Shown in pieces: positions 50,348-64,000 of a DNA stretch of 64,000 nucleotides. The stretch's first letter is position 1, and the number at the start of each line of letters is the position of its first letter. A program made the translations under genes and the position numbers. This DNA comes from Octopus sinensis. Lineage: Eukaryota. Location: positions 119,474,001 through 119,538,000 of the forward strand of contig NC_042998.1 of NCBI RefSeq assembly GCF_006345805.1, given 5' to 3'. The notes beneath the pieces were generated by a model. That model saw nothing but the letters and a program-made list of their open reading frames with translations. It was not told where the DNA came from and ran no database searches.

Positions 50348-50449
50348 GATAGACAGACAGACAGAAAGATGACAAGTGTATGAGAACCAGAACGACGGAG
50401 GAAAAGAGACGTTTACAGCACTACACTGATTAATTACGTAATCAATATT

Positions 50450-51780
50450 CTAAACATACGTACATACATATGCACGTATGCCCAGTTTACATAAATATAG
50501 ACATACATAGATGAATGCATACAAAAATACAACTACATACACATACGCACGTAAACGCAACGCATACATACATACATACATACATACATACATGCATGCA
50601 TACATACATACATGCATACATACATACATACATGCATGCATACATACATGCATGCATACATACATACATACACACACACATACATACACACACACATACA
50701 TACATACATACATACATACATACATACATACATACATACATACATGCATGCATACATACATACTTACATACATATATACATACATACATACATACATACA
50801 CACACACATACATACACACACACATACATACATACAACATACATACATACATACATACATACATACATACATACATGCATACACACTACATACTTGCGCA
50901 CACGCACGCCCACAAGCACACACATACACACACATACTCACACACATATGCATACATACAACAAAAATGTGCATACACATATCTAGCGCACATGTGTATA
51001 TATTTGGATAAGAAAAAAAAACACACATGTTCGCAGATGCACATATTTTTCATACACATATAAAGTAGATATACATCTACATATAGATAACACACACACA
51101 CGCACACAAGCGCACATATCCATATACATGGCGTAGAGAGGCTCCTGCAGATGTCTATCTATACGTCTGTCTGTCTCTCAGTCTGTCTATCAATCTATTT
51201 CTTTGTCTGTGGCATGCACAGCAGAACAGAGAAAAGAAATACAGAAGATGAATTCATGTGTCAGTTTGACCTAACAAATGTCAACACTTCTAAAGACCGG
51301 ATAGAGTAAAGAATATGTATGCATGCATGCATGTATGTATGTATGTATGTATGTATGTATGTATGTATGTATGAATGTATGTATGAATGTATGTATGTAT
51401 GTATGTATGTATGTATGTATGTATGTATGTATGTATGTAGTATGTATGTATGTATGTATGTATGTATGTATGTATGTATGCATGCATGCATGTATGTATG
51501 TATGTATGTATGTATGTATGTATGTTGTATGTATGTATGTATGTATGTATGTATGTATGTATGTATGTATGTATGTATGTATGCATGCATGCATGTATGC
51601 CTGTATGTATGCATGTATGTATGCAACCATTTATGTAAACATGCATGTAAGTATACATATACACATGTATGTGCGCGTGTTTGTGTGTACGTGTGTGTAC
51701 ATATACAGGCATATCTACATACGTATACGCATGCATACTTCCATATTATATGTGTGTGTACCTACGTATATGTGTGTATG

Positions 51781-51864
<84 letters not shown>

Positions 51865-51923
51865 CGTATGTGTGCATACGTACATATATATATGTATATA
51901 TATATACACACACACACATATGT

Positions 51924-51986
<63 letters not shown>

Positions 51987-52030
51987 ATATATATATGTAT
52001 GTGCGTGTGTATATATATATATATTATATA

Positions 52031-52086
<56 letters not shown>

Positions 52087-52110
52087 TGTGTGTGTGTGTG
52101 TGTGTGTACG
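50450..52110. repeat. Large compound microsatellite: (CATA)n block (~50510-50950), then (TATG)n (~51315-51620) and (TA)n blocks
   Basis: Directly visible. Confidence 0.95.
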
Positions 52111-52390
52111 TACACACACATTCATAACACCTTGAACAAAGTTATCATGCTTATTATTTTTTTCCTCTGCTATCAGAATTTTCGTTATCAGAAGAAGGTA
52201 GGATATAGCTTTTATAGAGATAAGTTCTTTTAATTATTGAAAAGAAAATACACTTATTTAAAAATACAGAAGACCAACAATGGCCTTATATGTGTAGAAA
52301 TTCTTTGAACAAAATTATTTGTAATTCAATTAGAAATATATATGTATATGTATACATACATACAGACACACATACATACATATATATATA

Positions 52391-52996
52391 TATATTGAAA
52401 TGGGGAAGGCCGGTTTATGGGTTTACTTTAGGTTTCCCGTTATATAGGGTTTAGCTTTATGGCGTATTGTCAGATCTCAAAACCTGTTAACCCAAGACCT
52501 CTGAAAAATATGGAGCAGGAAATGCTTCCCTACTCTAAGGTAAAAATGGGGATTATCTCCCTTGGCTATCGGCTATCGACTTTCGGTTGTGCCGTCATCT
52601 TTTGAGGGTCCAAAAGGCTAGCAGGAACCTCTTGAAATGTAAACATGGCCCGAAAATCTCCGTTCTGGAGCTAATGATATCCCTTGGCTTGAGGAAGTTC
52701 TTTGGGATTCTCGCCCGTTCAGCTATGCATAACCAGCTTCGTTTTGTGCCATTGATGTAGGGGCCTGGGTTCTCGAGGATTTTCCATGAGATCGAGTATG
52801 GAATCTCATTGTCTCCATACTCGATAGCCGATGGCCAGGGGAGATAATTCCCATTTTACCTTTGAGTAGTGAGGCATTTCCTCCTCCATATTTTTAACAC
52901 GTTTTGGGATCTGGCGATACGCCATAAAGCTAAACCCTTTATGGACGGGAAACCTAAGTTAATCCCATAAACCGGCCTTCCCCATTTTCAATATAT
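52391..52996. mobile_element. Long-TIR fold-back/MITE (~605 bp, ~180-bp arms) in TA context, superfamily unassigned
   Basis: tattgaaatggggaaggccggtttatggg... (52393-52579) versus the reverse complement at 52821-52996; the left arm has a ~13-bp insertion. Confidence 0.88.
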
Positions 52997-55974
52997 ACTG
53001 CTCAATATCTTAGAGGGTGCTTCTTCTCTTAGATTTATGTCTTTTACAGACGTGGCGGGGTGTAATCCAAATTAAGGGAGTAGAACGGGTAAACTCCAAG
53101 CTACATTTGTTTCTTAGCTAGTTGATCCGCTGAGACGATAATTACTAAACGAGTGGTACTCAACTTAGCTAGCCATCTGGCTGAGAATACCTGAATTACA
53201 TGCAGGTTACATTGTCGCTTGGAATTTCTAAGTTAACTCACCGCAGATGTGAGTTGAAACGAATAACGAAACCGGAAGAATAGAATAGAAAAATAAATGT
53301 TTGAAGAAATAAAATGGTGCAGAAGTAAGAAAAGAAAGGATGGGGTCAAATATGTAGAAGTGGGAATTGCATAAGGTTGATAGGAATGAATAAATGGAAA
53401 GAGAGAAGAAAGAGGGAAGAGATGGGAGTAGATAGTTGCTGTCGTTAAGAGGAAGGAATGGTTATCATAAATATTTAATAGGTAAAAGATAAAGACTAAC
53501 TGACTCCAATCTATTGAAATTCTCATCGGATAGTTGCCGCTGATACTGCTGACCGTTGGTTTACGTCACAGTATGCATACGCAGACGCTCGCACACGCAA
53601 CCACGTAAACATGTGTCTACATGCCATGACCGAGTACACGTCTTTGCATCTAAGTATATACACAAATATGCCTGAGTATCTAACGGCGCGCGAACGCATC
53701 CATAGGCGTAATATTCGATCCACATACACAACGTGCGTCTACATATTTAATCATGCACATATCCGGACATACAAACTGTAGGTGTGCAAGTGTAAACGCG
53801 TACCTACGAGAAGAACAAAAAGAAAACAAGAAATAAAGAGAGTAAAACGAGGAGAAAAAAAGAAAAAGAAAAAAGGAGAAACTGAAAATATAAATAAAAT
53901 AATATATATCAGAGTGATATATAAAGGAAAGGAGGGAAAGAAGGAAACATAAGAAGACCACAAATGAAGTAAAGGAAATATATAAAATAACGCTAAAACG
54001 TAATGGTTATAAATACTTAGGAGAAATCGAAGTAGATGTAGGAGGAGATATCGGGATGAGACATTAGCATTTGTACCTTAAGAATGTGTAACGTAGTTTG
54101 TGTGTACAGTTAAGAATAAGTTCACTTCGTTTATGCAATCATTGCGTTGTATAAGACTTCTGCAATGCAGAGATCGCAGTTGTCGTTTTAATCACTATAC
54201 AGTTTGGCATGCATAACAATGGACCATTTCATATTGTATACGACTGAATTATGTTTAGGTTATGACCGAGCCTAGATAGAGAAGTATTGTTAGTTTTCGC
54301 TTGGGATTTAAAGCTAGAGTAATGATTACTAATTCTCGCCTCGAATTTGGTACTGCACGAACCGATATATACAAACTTGGAATCATTTGTGCATTTATAT
54401 ACGATATTTTTATCGAGGCGCTTATTTTGTAAGAGACAGGAGGCGGGACATCTACCGCCCGCATAGATTTCTAAAGCGGAGTTTGTGGCATCATAACTAC
54501 CTGAAGTTAACCGGGTGTCAGAGGTAAGATCTGCCTCAACGCTAGGATAGGTATTGGTGGTTGGAGCGGGGGAGTTATCTAGAGGAATAGTTTATAGTAG
54601 GTCTCGTGTCTGATGATATCATCCCTATTATTCCCTACTTCGGTAATCAGAGTAGTTAGATCCCTAGATTGGTTGCGGGTAGTGGGCTGAGTACTTGAAT
54701 AAGGACTAGTAGGGTGAGGGTAAACACTAGTAAGAAGGTTCAAAGTTATTATATGGCTATGGACATCTCCAAATCTAGTCTCCATGTTATATGGGAAACC
54801 AAGAGAAAGCTTTCCGTTTCTGCTTTTGGACAATGCTCTTGAACAGTTTTTTCGTGCTTCAAGCTTCGATCTTCTCCAAACATTCAACATTTTCCATATT
54901 TTCCATGATTTTAATGTTTTTCGCGTAAGTTTAGAAGCGTTGCAGCCAATTGAGTCTTCAGTGCTTACTTATATTCATTATGGTTTTAAAGTTTATAATG
55001 CAACTCCAAATGAATCTGTAAGAATACAGGATTCTTCTCTCTTCCTTCTACTCGTTTTATAATCTTTACCTAGGTAACTAACAGCAAGAGATAACAATAG
55101 TAATTAATTAATCATTCCTGAAACAAAATTGCAATGCTTTAAAAGAAAATAAGAAGAAATTGCTATACAATTTGTCGGATGTAGCAGCAGCAAACACTCT
55201 TTAAAGCAAAAGCAAACAAAATGTAATTGATTGATTCTTTTTCTTTTCTTTTTCTTATGATGATTACTTATGAGATGACTCAAGTTTATGCAGGGAAATC
55301 AGGAGATGACAAGCAACGAGAAAGAAGCAGTAGGCAGGGCATCGATGATTTTCGTATAAACGTGTTGCACAATACTGCGCCGTTATAACAAGGTTTCGTT
55401 CAGTGGTACCGTAGAACAACACACTTGTATGTATATGTATGAGAAAGTATGTGTGAGTGGAGACATGTATGCATACGCGTATGCACAATACTTACACATT
55501 ACATATGTACAAAATATATAACATATTCTCGTGTGCGCGCGTGTGTGTGTGTGTAACGTAATACTGAATTATAAGAGACTGTAAACAGTGAAGTTAAAGT
55601 CAAAGTAGTAAGGTTAGATGTAGATAATAGGATAGAGACACTAGTCAAGCGCAACATTTTTATGCTAATCAATGTTCACAAAAGCTAACTTTACCTCAAA
55701 GCCAAACTGCAGATTAACATACCTTGCTAAATAGGAGATTCAGTAAACATACACTAAGGAGTATCAATAACACCATCACAAGAGCCTTTGATCTTAGCCT
55801 ATAGCGTAACGCTATTGAAGTCATATCGTGGCTCATTGATGTCAGCGGCAAGACAGAGCCTAATTCACTCAGTTCGATATTGTGGCCATTTATCCATCGA
55901 TATTTAAGGAACTAGAATGCAACGCATTAGATTTCGTTGGGGGCTTACAATACCGGAATAGACAGAGAGACAGA

Positions 55975-56266
<292 letters not shown>

Positions 56267-56469
56267 TATTCTAATTATCTAAGGCATGTTTCGTTGTACC
56301 TTAATTAGAGCTGAAACAATCTGTTTTATGCGACAATTGGTTTGATATGTGTTTATTTTGAATTACACATTTTGTTGATGATAAAAATTCGATTGTTTTT
56401 ATCAGGTCTATAGTCTTGAAAATATTCGAATAGAAATTTTTCATTCGAATTCATGAGTAAAAACTGTCA

Positions 56470-56784
56470 TGGTGGTTTCCTAATCACACACACACACACA
56501 CACACACACATCGTCTCTCTCTCTCACGCACACACACACACACACACACATACACACACACAACATGCACACACCCACATACACAAACACGCACAATGTT
56601 TCATTTACAGTCTCTCTCTCACCTACATACAGCACACACATACACATTCTTTCCTCTCACACACACACACACACATACACATCGATTCTCACTCTCTCTC
56701 ACACACACACGTGGAGTCTCTCTCTCTCTCTCTCTCATACATGTAGACTCTCTCTTTCTCTCTCTTTCACATGCACACACACGT

Positions 56785-56816
<32 letters not shown>

Positions 56817-56932
56817 ATCGATGTGTGTGTCTCTCTCTCACACACTCACATTCTGTCTCTCTCACACACATACAACATGCACTCACCCACATATAAACAC
56901 ACGTACGCACTCGCACAAGGTCTCTTTTAACA

Positions 56933-56966
<34 letters not shown>

Positions 56967-57217
56967 TACAGACAAGAGCGTGCATGCACGCACGCACACT
57001 CTCTTTCTTTCTCTCCCACCCACAGACTGGATACACACACTCTCTCTTTCTGTCTCACACACACATGGAGTCTCTCTCTTTCTCCTCTCTCTCTCTCACA
57101 CACACATGGAGTCTCTCTCTTTCTCTCAATCTCTCTCACACACACACACACACACACACGCGCATACACACGTGGAGTCTCTCTCTCTCTCACCTCACTT
57201 ACTTATACACGTAGATG

Positions 57218-57259
<42 letters not shown>

Positions 57260-57322
57260 CACACATACACACATAGAGTCTCTCTCTCTCTCACTCACTT
57301 ATACACGTAGACTCTCTCTCTT

Positions 57323-57375
<53 letters not shown>

Positions 57376-57385
57376 GCTCGCTCAT

Positions 57386-57416
<31 letters not shown>

Positions 57417-57832
57417 ACCTTTCGCACACGGTCCTTGACGTGTGTCATAGTTTCTTCACAGTCACCAACGGCCTTTTACGGCTCTTGATTTGTTTTGACT
57501 TCAAAGATAATAACACATTCCAAGAATTTTAAATATATTGACAATCGTTATAGTTCAACTTTTTCGCTAACCTAATTCGTTCTTTTGACTTGACTTTGTT
57601 CGTTTTTATCAACTTTAGAAGCCTTGAAAATTTTCGAATAGAATTGTTGCGTGCAATTCATTTCAATTTTTATATTATTTACAGTTCAAATTTTCGCTAT
57701 TGTTTCATGAGAATTTTGAACACCCACACGATGTTTCTCTCACACACACATACAGCGCAAGCACAAACACATAAATACACATACACACGAATACACACAC
57801 ACATTCTCTCTTTCTCTCTCTTTCTCTTTATT

Positions 57833-57863
<31 letters not shown>

Positions 57864-58044
57864 TTCTCTTTTCATCTCACTCACACATACATACAGTACA
57901 CGTACAGCATACACATACAGTACACACACGCACTCACACATACGAACATGCACCTATATACATAGTTGAAGCAGCCCTTCACACACATATACAGCACACA
58001 CACTCTCATACATACACAGCACACACACACACACAAACACTCCC

Positions 58045-58106
<62 letters not shown>

Positions 58107-58385
58107 CCTCTCTCTCTTTCTCAGCATTTCTTTCTCTTTTGGCCTCTCTCTTTCTCATTCTCACTCACACACACAAACACACTCTCTAGCAGATACATAG
58201 CACACACAAACAGTCTCTCACTTACTCTCTCTCAGCCTTTTTCTCTCTCCCTCTCATTCACACACACACACACATACAGCACACACACACATACATACAC
58301 ATATACACATACAGCACACACACACATACAGCACACATACAGCACACACACACACACACACTGTCTCTCTCACACATATACACAT
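56470..58385. repeat. (CA)/(CT) compound low-complexity region with recurring cacacgtggagtctctctc units
   Basis: Directly visible; short unique interruption at ~57415-57720. Confidence 0.9.
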
Positions 58386-58545
58386 ACATCATTTTGCGTA
58401 GATCATATATCATTTCATGTTTAGATATTTCTTTCATTTCATATTATTTAGAAATGTTTTCATTTTCTAATTCATTCTTCTTACTCTTTTTATTCACTTC
58501 GTTTATTTGTTTTGATTTTCCTAATACATTACACATTGGTCGATT

Positions 58546-59752
<1,207 letters not shown>

Positions 59753-59790
59753 CATGCAGGCAAATATGTGTGTGAAACTTCTTCACCTTA

Positions 59791-60154
59791 TCTATTATAT
59801 AGAATCGTTCTGTCTGTCTATGTTTGTGTCTTCTAGGGTCTCGGGCATCCTCCATCCGATTGCGCTCAAATTTGATATGCAGATACCGACGGTATCAGGG
59901 CGTGTATACGTCTTGAAAAAATTACAAAATTCGATTCCAGGTGAGAATGCGATCGATAAAGTGAATAAAATCGTTTTTCTTTGGAATAGAAAAAAGTCTA
60001 TATTTCTTCTTTTGCTGGTGTCTCAAATTTAGGTTAAATCAGTGTTTCTCAAAGAGGGGGGCCTATGGGACGGTCGGACAAGTTGTTTTGAGAAAATTTG
60101 GTTTAAATGTTTGACAACTCAGCACCGTCCATTGGACGGGGAGCGTTTTGCTCG
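59791..60154 (+). mobile_element. Non-autonomous Helitron-like element, 364 bp
   Basis: A|TC 5' start (tctattatatagaat), (GTCT)n, 3' hairpin ccgtcca-t-tggacgg, end CTCG|T; homologous to 36793-37145. Confidence 0.75.
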
Positions 60155-60164
60155 TATATATATA

Positions 60165-60226
<62 letters not shown>

Positions 60227-60455
60227 TACTTTTGTTTATGGAAACGTTTTGAATATGCAAATAAAGCTACTATTCTATTATACCGGCCACAGTCTAATGA
60301 TGCATTAATATTATATCGCCTGAAGAAATGAATCCATACCCACGGATGCTATGGACTGCACTGTAATCATTCTAGGAATACAGACTGTGATCTTAAGAGA
60401 CATGTGTTTTATGGAAATGCATTAAATGTTTATAAATCCCATCCAAGGATTATTG

Positions 60456-60525
<70 letters not shown>

Positions 60526-60532
60526 ATATACA

Positions 60533-61441
60533 CGAGGTGCGTTCAAAGAGTATCCCATTTTATTTTTTACCGCTGAAACTAATACCACGTGGGCATAATC
60601 CTTTCCGTGGGCAAGTGACGCCAACACTCGTAGCATGCGTAAAAATTTTCACGCCAGTAGTCAATGTCAGTTCCCGGCTGTTACACCTGGAGTACAGACG
60701 CGTACAGCGCGCTCGTCGAATTTTCGTTTTCATACAGGATGTCTGAACACATCAAGCAGAGTTCATGTCTCATTACCAGTTATGATGGCCAGTGATGAAA
60801 TCTGGGTGGTGGTCTCAATGGTCCAGCAAGTCCTGAGTGATTTCCACGCGGAGTTGCTTCTGCTACTCAGCCAGTACCTTGGGATCGAATTTCGTCGACA
60901 CTCTCTGCATGCTCAAATCCTTCGTTAAAATGGAATGCTCTGATCCTGCGCTTGTCCCCACTTCAGGAGCAATTTCCTGAATTGTTACACAACAGTTTTC
61001 CATGACTATTTGCCGAACCTTCTCAATCGGATCTTCGTTTCGTCTTGTGAATCGCTTGCCTGAGCGTGTCTTGCTCTCTACTGCGGTGCGGCCATGTTTA
61101 AAGTGATTGTACTACTCCTTGATCTGAGTTTTACCTATGGCATTATCGCCAAAAGCCTACTAAATCTTCTGGGTAGTTTGAGCTTGAGTATCACCAAGCT
61201 CTTGGCAAAACTTAATACAATATCTCTGCTGGATGCGTTCGAGGAAAACGAAAATCCGACGAGAGCGCAATGCTGTCTGTATTCTAGGCGTAACAGCCGG
61301 GAACAGACGCGGCCTAGCGGCGCGTAAACATTCCCGTATGAGCAGGAGTTATGTCGTTACCTCCAGCCCAAAGGATTTTACCCATGCAGCCATAGTTTTG
61401 GCAGGGAAAGATAAAGTCGGATACTTCTTTAACGCACTTCG
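60533..61441 (-). mobile_element. Mariner (Tc1/mariner) derivative: truncated transposase N-terminus between two inverted 5' ends
   Basis: TIRs cgaggtgcgttcaaagagtatcc / rc cgaagtgcgttaaagaagtatcc. Minus strand: QRYCIKFCQELG..TQIKE*YNHFKHGR...RSGK...IQEIA.EVG.S.GS.HSILTKDLSMQRVSTKFDPKVL...IITGNET*, ending at the first catalytic Asp motif. Confidence 0.9.
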
Positions 61442-61484
<43 letters not shown>

Positions 61485-61696
61485 TCACAGTTAAGAGGTT
61501 TCACACGCATAAATTTATATTAAAATACAAAAGAAGAAAGTGCTTTGAGAATGAAGAAAGTATTTACATTTTTATCAAAATATGCTATCGGTTTCCATCA
61601 CATTAACAGACGGTTTACTCATGCTGAAATAAAATGGGAAATAAATTGAAATGAATTAAATTAAATTAATCTTTCACGATATCAGTTCTGGAAGAC

Positions 61697-62122
61697 ACTT
61701 AATAGACACGCTTCGCGTATTTGCTGGTAGGCTGCGAATTAGTGTGGGGGAGATGATTCCCTCAAAGTGCCGGGTGCTAAAACACCTGAACGTCATGGAC
61801 AGGTGACACAACACACCTCCAATCTCATTCAGGAGTGATGGACATTTTTAAGGCTTGTCAACATCACGTAACCGAACCAAATTGGAGGTGAGTCGTACCG
61901 CCAGTCCATGACTTTATGCATATTAGTCATATAGTGTATAAACTATGTGCTGGTGTGCCCCGACAATGCATACGTATGAATAAATTCAAATATGAAATAG
62001 AAGCAGTGCTGTTTCGCCTGGTCATGACTTTCAGGTGTTTTAACACCCGGTGTTTTGAAGGAGTTATTTCCACCACCCCATTCGCAGCCTACCGGCAAAA
62101 AGACTGGGTGTATATGTTAAGT
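61697..62122. mobile_element. Old MITE/fold-back (~425 bp, ~100-bp diverged arms)
   Basis: ttgctggtaggctgcgaat...aaaacacctgaacgtcatggacagg (61721-803) versus the reverse complement at 62017-98; outer ends acttaa / ttaagt. Confidence 0.75.
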
Positions 62123-64000
62123 ATGTGTGATCAATAATGTTTATTACACTAGTGCTGCTTAAGTGATCGAACCTAAATGCTTCCTTTTGGCATATAAATG
62201 GGATCATTTAATAGGGTAGATCTCTGCTTCATGGCCCTGTACATCTTAGGCGCGTTAAATAAGAAATTTCCTCCTACAACCTTTGATCTGTACAAAGAGG
62301 ATACCATAGCACTATGTAGAGGTTCCAGTGAACATATTGTAAATAAACTATGGAAGGTCATCCAAGTTTTCAGATGTTCTAAACAAAAGATCTCCATAGT
62401 GACTAACATAACTAATAGCCGACATCTTAAATGTTACACAATGTTTAGGCACTAGATTATACAAGCCCTTCGGAAAAATGAATGAAAAACTTGCGTTCAC
62501 ATTATGTCTTATCACATAACTTCATTGTTTAAGAACCTAGCAAAAGGTGTAGGTGAATCTTAAATTTGTCCTCTGGTAATGAGATATTCGATACAGCGCC
62601 TGTTTGTGGTGAACGGTTTCAAAGAGAATATTGTTTACACTCACAATCCGGACCCCGCAAAATGAAAACGATACTGCGAAGTCATTTAGTTTGCGCACTC
62701 TTTCTCGTTAAATGTCAAATACATTACAGTTTAGATCTTACTTAGGTTAATTCATAGACATTTATCTCCCCTCCTCACTCCTAAATATAGAAAGATATTT
62801 AATAGACACATACTTAACGTTTCCTTCATTTGCCAAGCCAACATAAAATAGTATATATTTCACACAGTTACTCACATTGAGGTGATACTTCATGCCCGCT
62901 CAGTCATCACTACAATGTCAAGCAAAGTAGAACGACGTAAGCTAAATATGAAAAGCGAAAGCCACGAATCTTGATATCAGACGGAGACTGTAATACTAAC
63001 AAAAGCACACTATGCTAGGTCTGTATAACAGGAAAAGGACTGGTACTAAAATGAAGAAGAAAAAAGCCTGGAAACCCCTATAATATCCATGATTTCATTT
63101 TGATAAATGCCAACAAATATTGTTTCGTTTTCACTCTTTGTAGTACAATGCCAACAAATATTGTTTCGTTTTCTCTCTGTGAACAGAAAAAGTGGATCTA
63201 CCTGGTGCACTCTGAATCACGTGCGCTCTGCCAGTTCTATACGTGTGTGAATGTGTGTGTAAATATGTGTGGGCATATGTGTGTGTGCGCACGGTCCTAC
63301 GTAATTTGATACGTATGTCTGTTCAGGGGAAATAATTATTTCACATATTATTTCTATTAAGGGAGATAACTCATGTATTTAATTCTTTATTATTTATCTT
63401 GTTTAAAATGTATGGGAGTTAATCACTGTAAAAAGAAATTTTTGTGCTATTTTCAGTCCGTTACCTACATAGAAGCGTAGTTAGAACAAAGGTCGATAGA
63501 AGCGGTTTGGCCCAACCGATGTTTATATATATTTATATTTATATATATATATATGAGAATTTTTGATACCCAGAGGACACGTACTTTCTCAAACTTTCAT
63601 TCACACTACAAGACTCCTTTGAATGAACAGCACATAGAATTAATGTCTCCATACTATCCATCTGTAATAGCAAAATATGAATCGTATCTGAATTTACATA
63701 CTATGGACAAGAAACCTTTTAACCCATTCTACAGAACACGTAACACTTTCCTTGGATAATGGAACTGCAACTGTAACATCCAACATATATATTTTTTTCT
63801 CTTATTTCCCTTTATACTTCTTATATCTCTCACTTTCCAAAATAACTCTAATAGTTCCTTCTATTTAACTCTCTCATATTGTCTCTGATAAATGGACATC
63901 ACTCATATCCATGAAATAGGTGTAAGACTACCTTTCTCTTTATAAATGTCCTGGAAATTTTACACTACCTTGGCTGTGTTGACTCATTTTATTTAATGTG

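Noticed and set aside
54500-54900. RT-like AMDISK motif and the 103-aa minus-strand ORF
   Set aside because: A single partial motif without the expected AFD.V.H continuation; insufficient.
62173-62455. Overlapping 78- and 85-aa ORFs as exon or transposase fragment
   Set aside because: No recognisable family motif or splice support.
63108-63180. ~30-bp direct repeat (aatgccaacaaatattgtttcgtttt) twice; similar local duplication at ~13490-13605
   Set aside because: Simple local tandem duplications with no sign of function.

Overview
This is AT-rich, microsatellite-saturated eukaryotic non-coding DNA. The (TA)n/(CA)n/(CATA)n/(GATA)n/(TAA)n density and SINE families resemble a coleoid cephalopod (Octopus-like) genome; that assignment is an inference. 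I cannot support any host protein-coding gene, rRNA, tRNA gene or CRISPR array, and nearly all ORFs in the track are microsatellite read-through. Recognisable content is decayed transposons. Retroelements: Penelope-like elements (RT and GIY-YIG remnants), R4/Dong-like REL non-LTR retrotransposons at (TAA)n tracts, a Tx1/L1 3' fragment, RTE fragments, tRNA-headed SINEs, and a ~520-bp (TAA)n-associated non-autonomous element in 3 copies. DNA elements: a FLYWCH-MULE transposase pseudogene, Helitron remnants, hAT and Merlin-like MITEs with 8-bp TSDs, and a head-to-head mariner derivative. The most interesting signal is a set of small fold-back (inverted-repeat) elements, most abutting (TA)n tracts. 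Several carry minimal type I hammerhead-ribozyme motifs with palindromic stem III, in two cases on both strands, with non-canonical cores (UUGAAAA, a U3:A8 pair; CCGANGA, U4C). Hammerheads in Penelope-like termini are known; the ORF-less palindromic arrangement and the recurring core variants are what need testing. All alignments and folds were done by eye.
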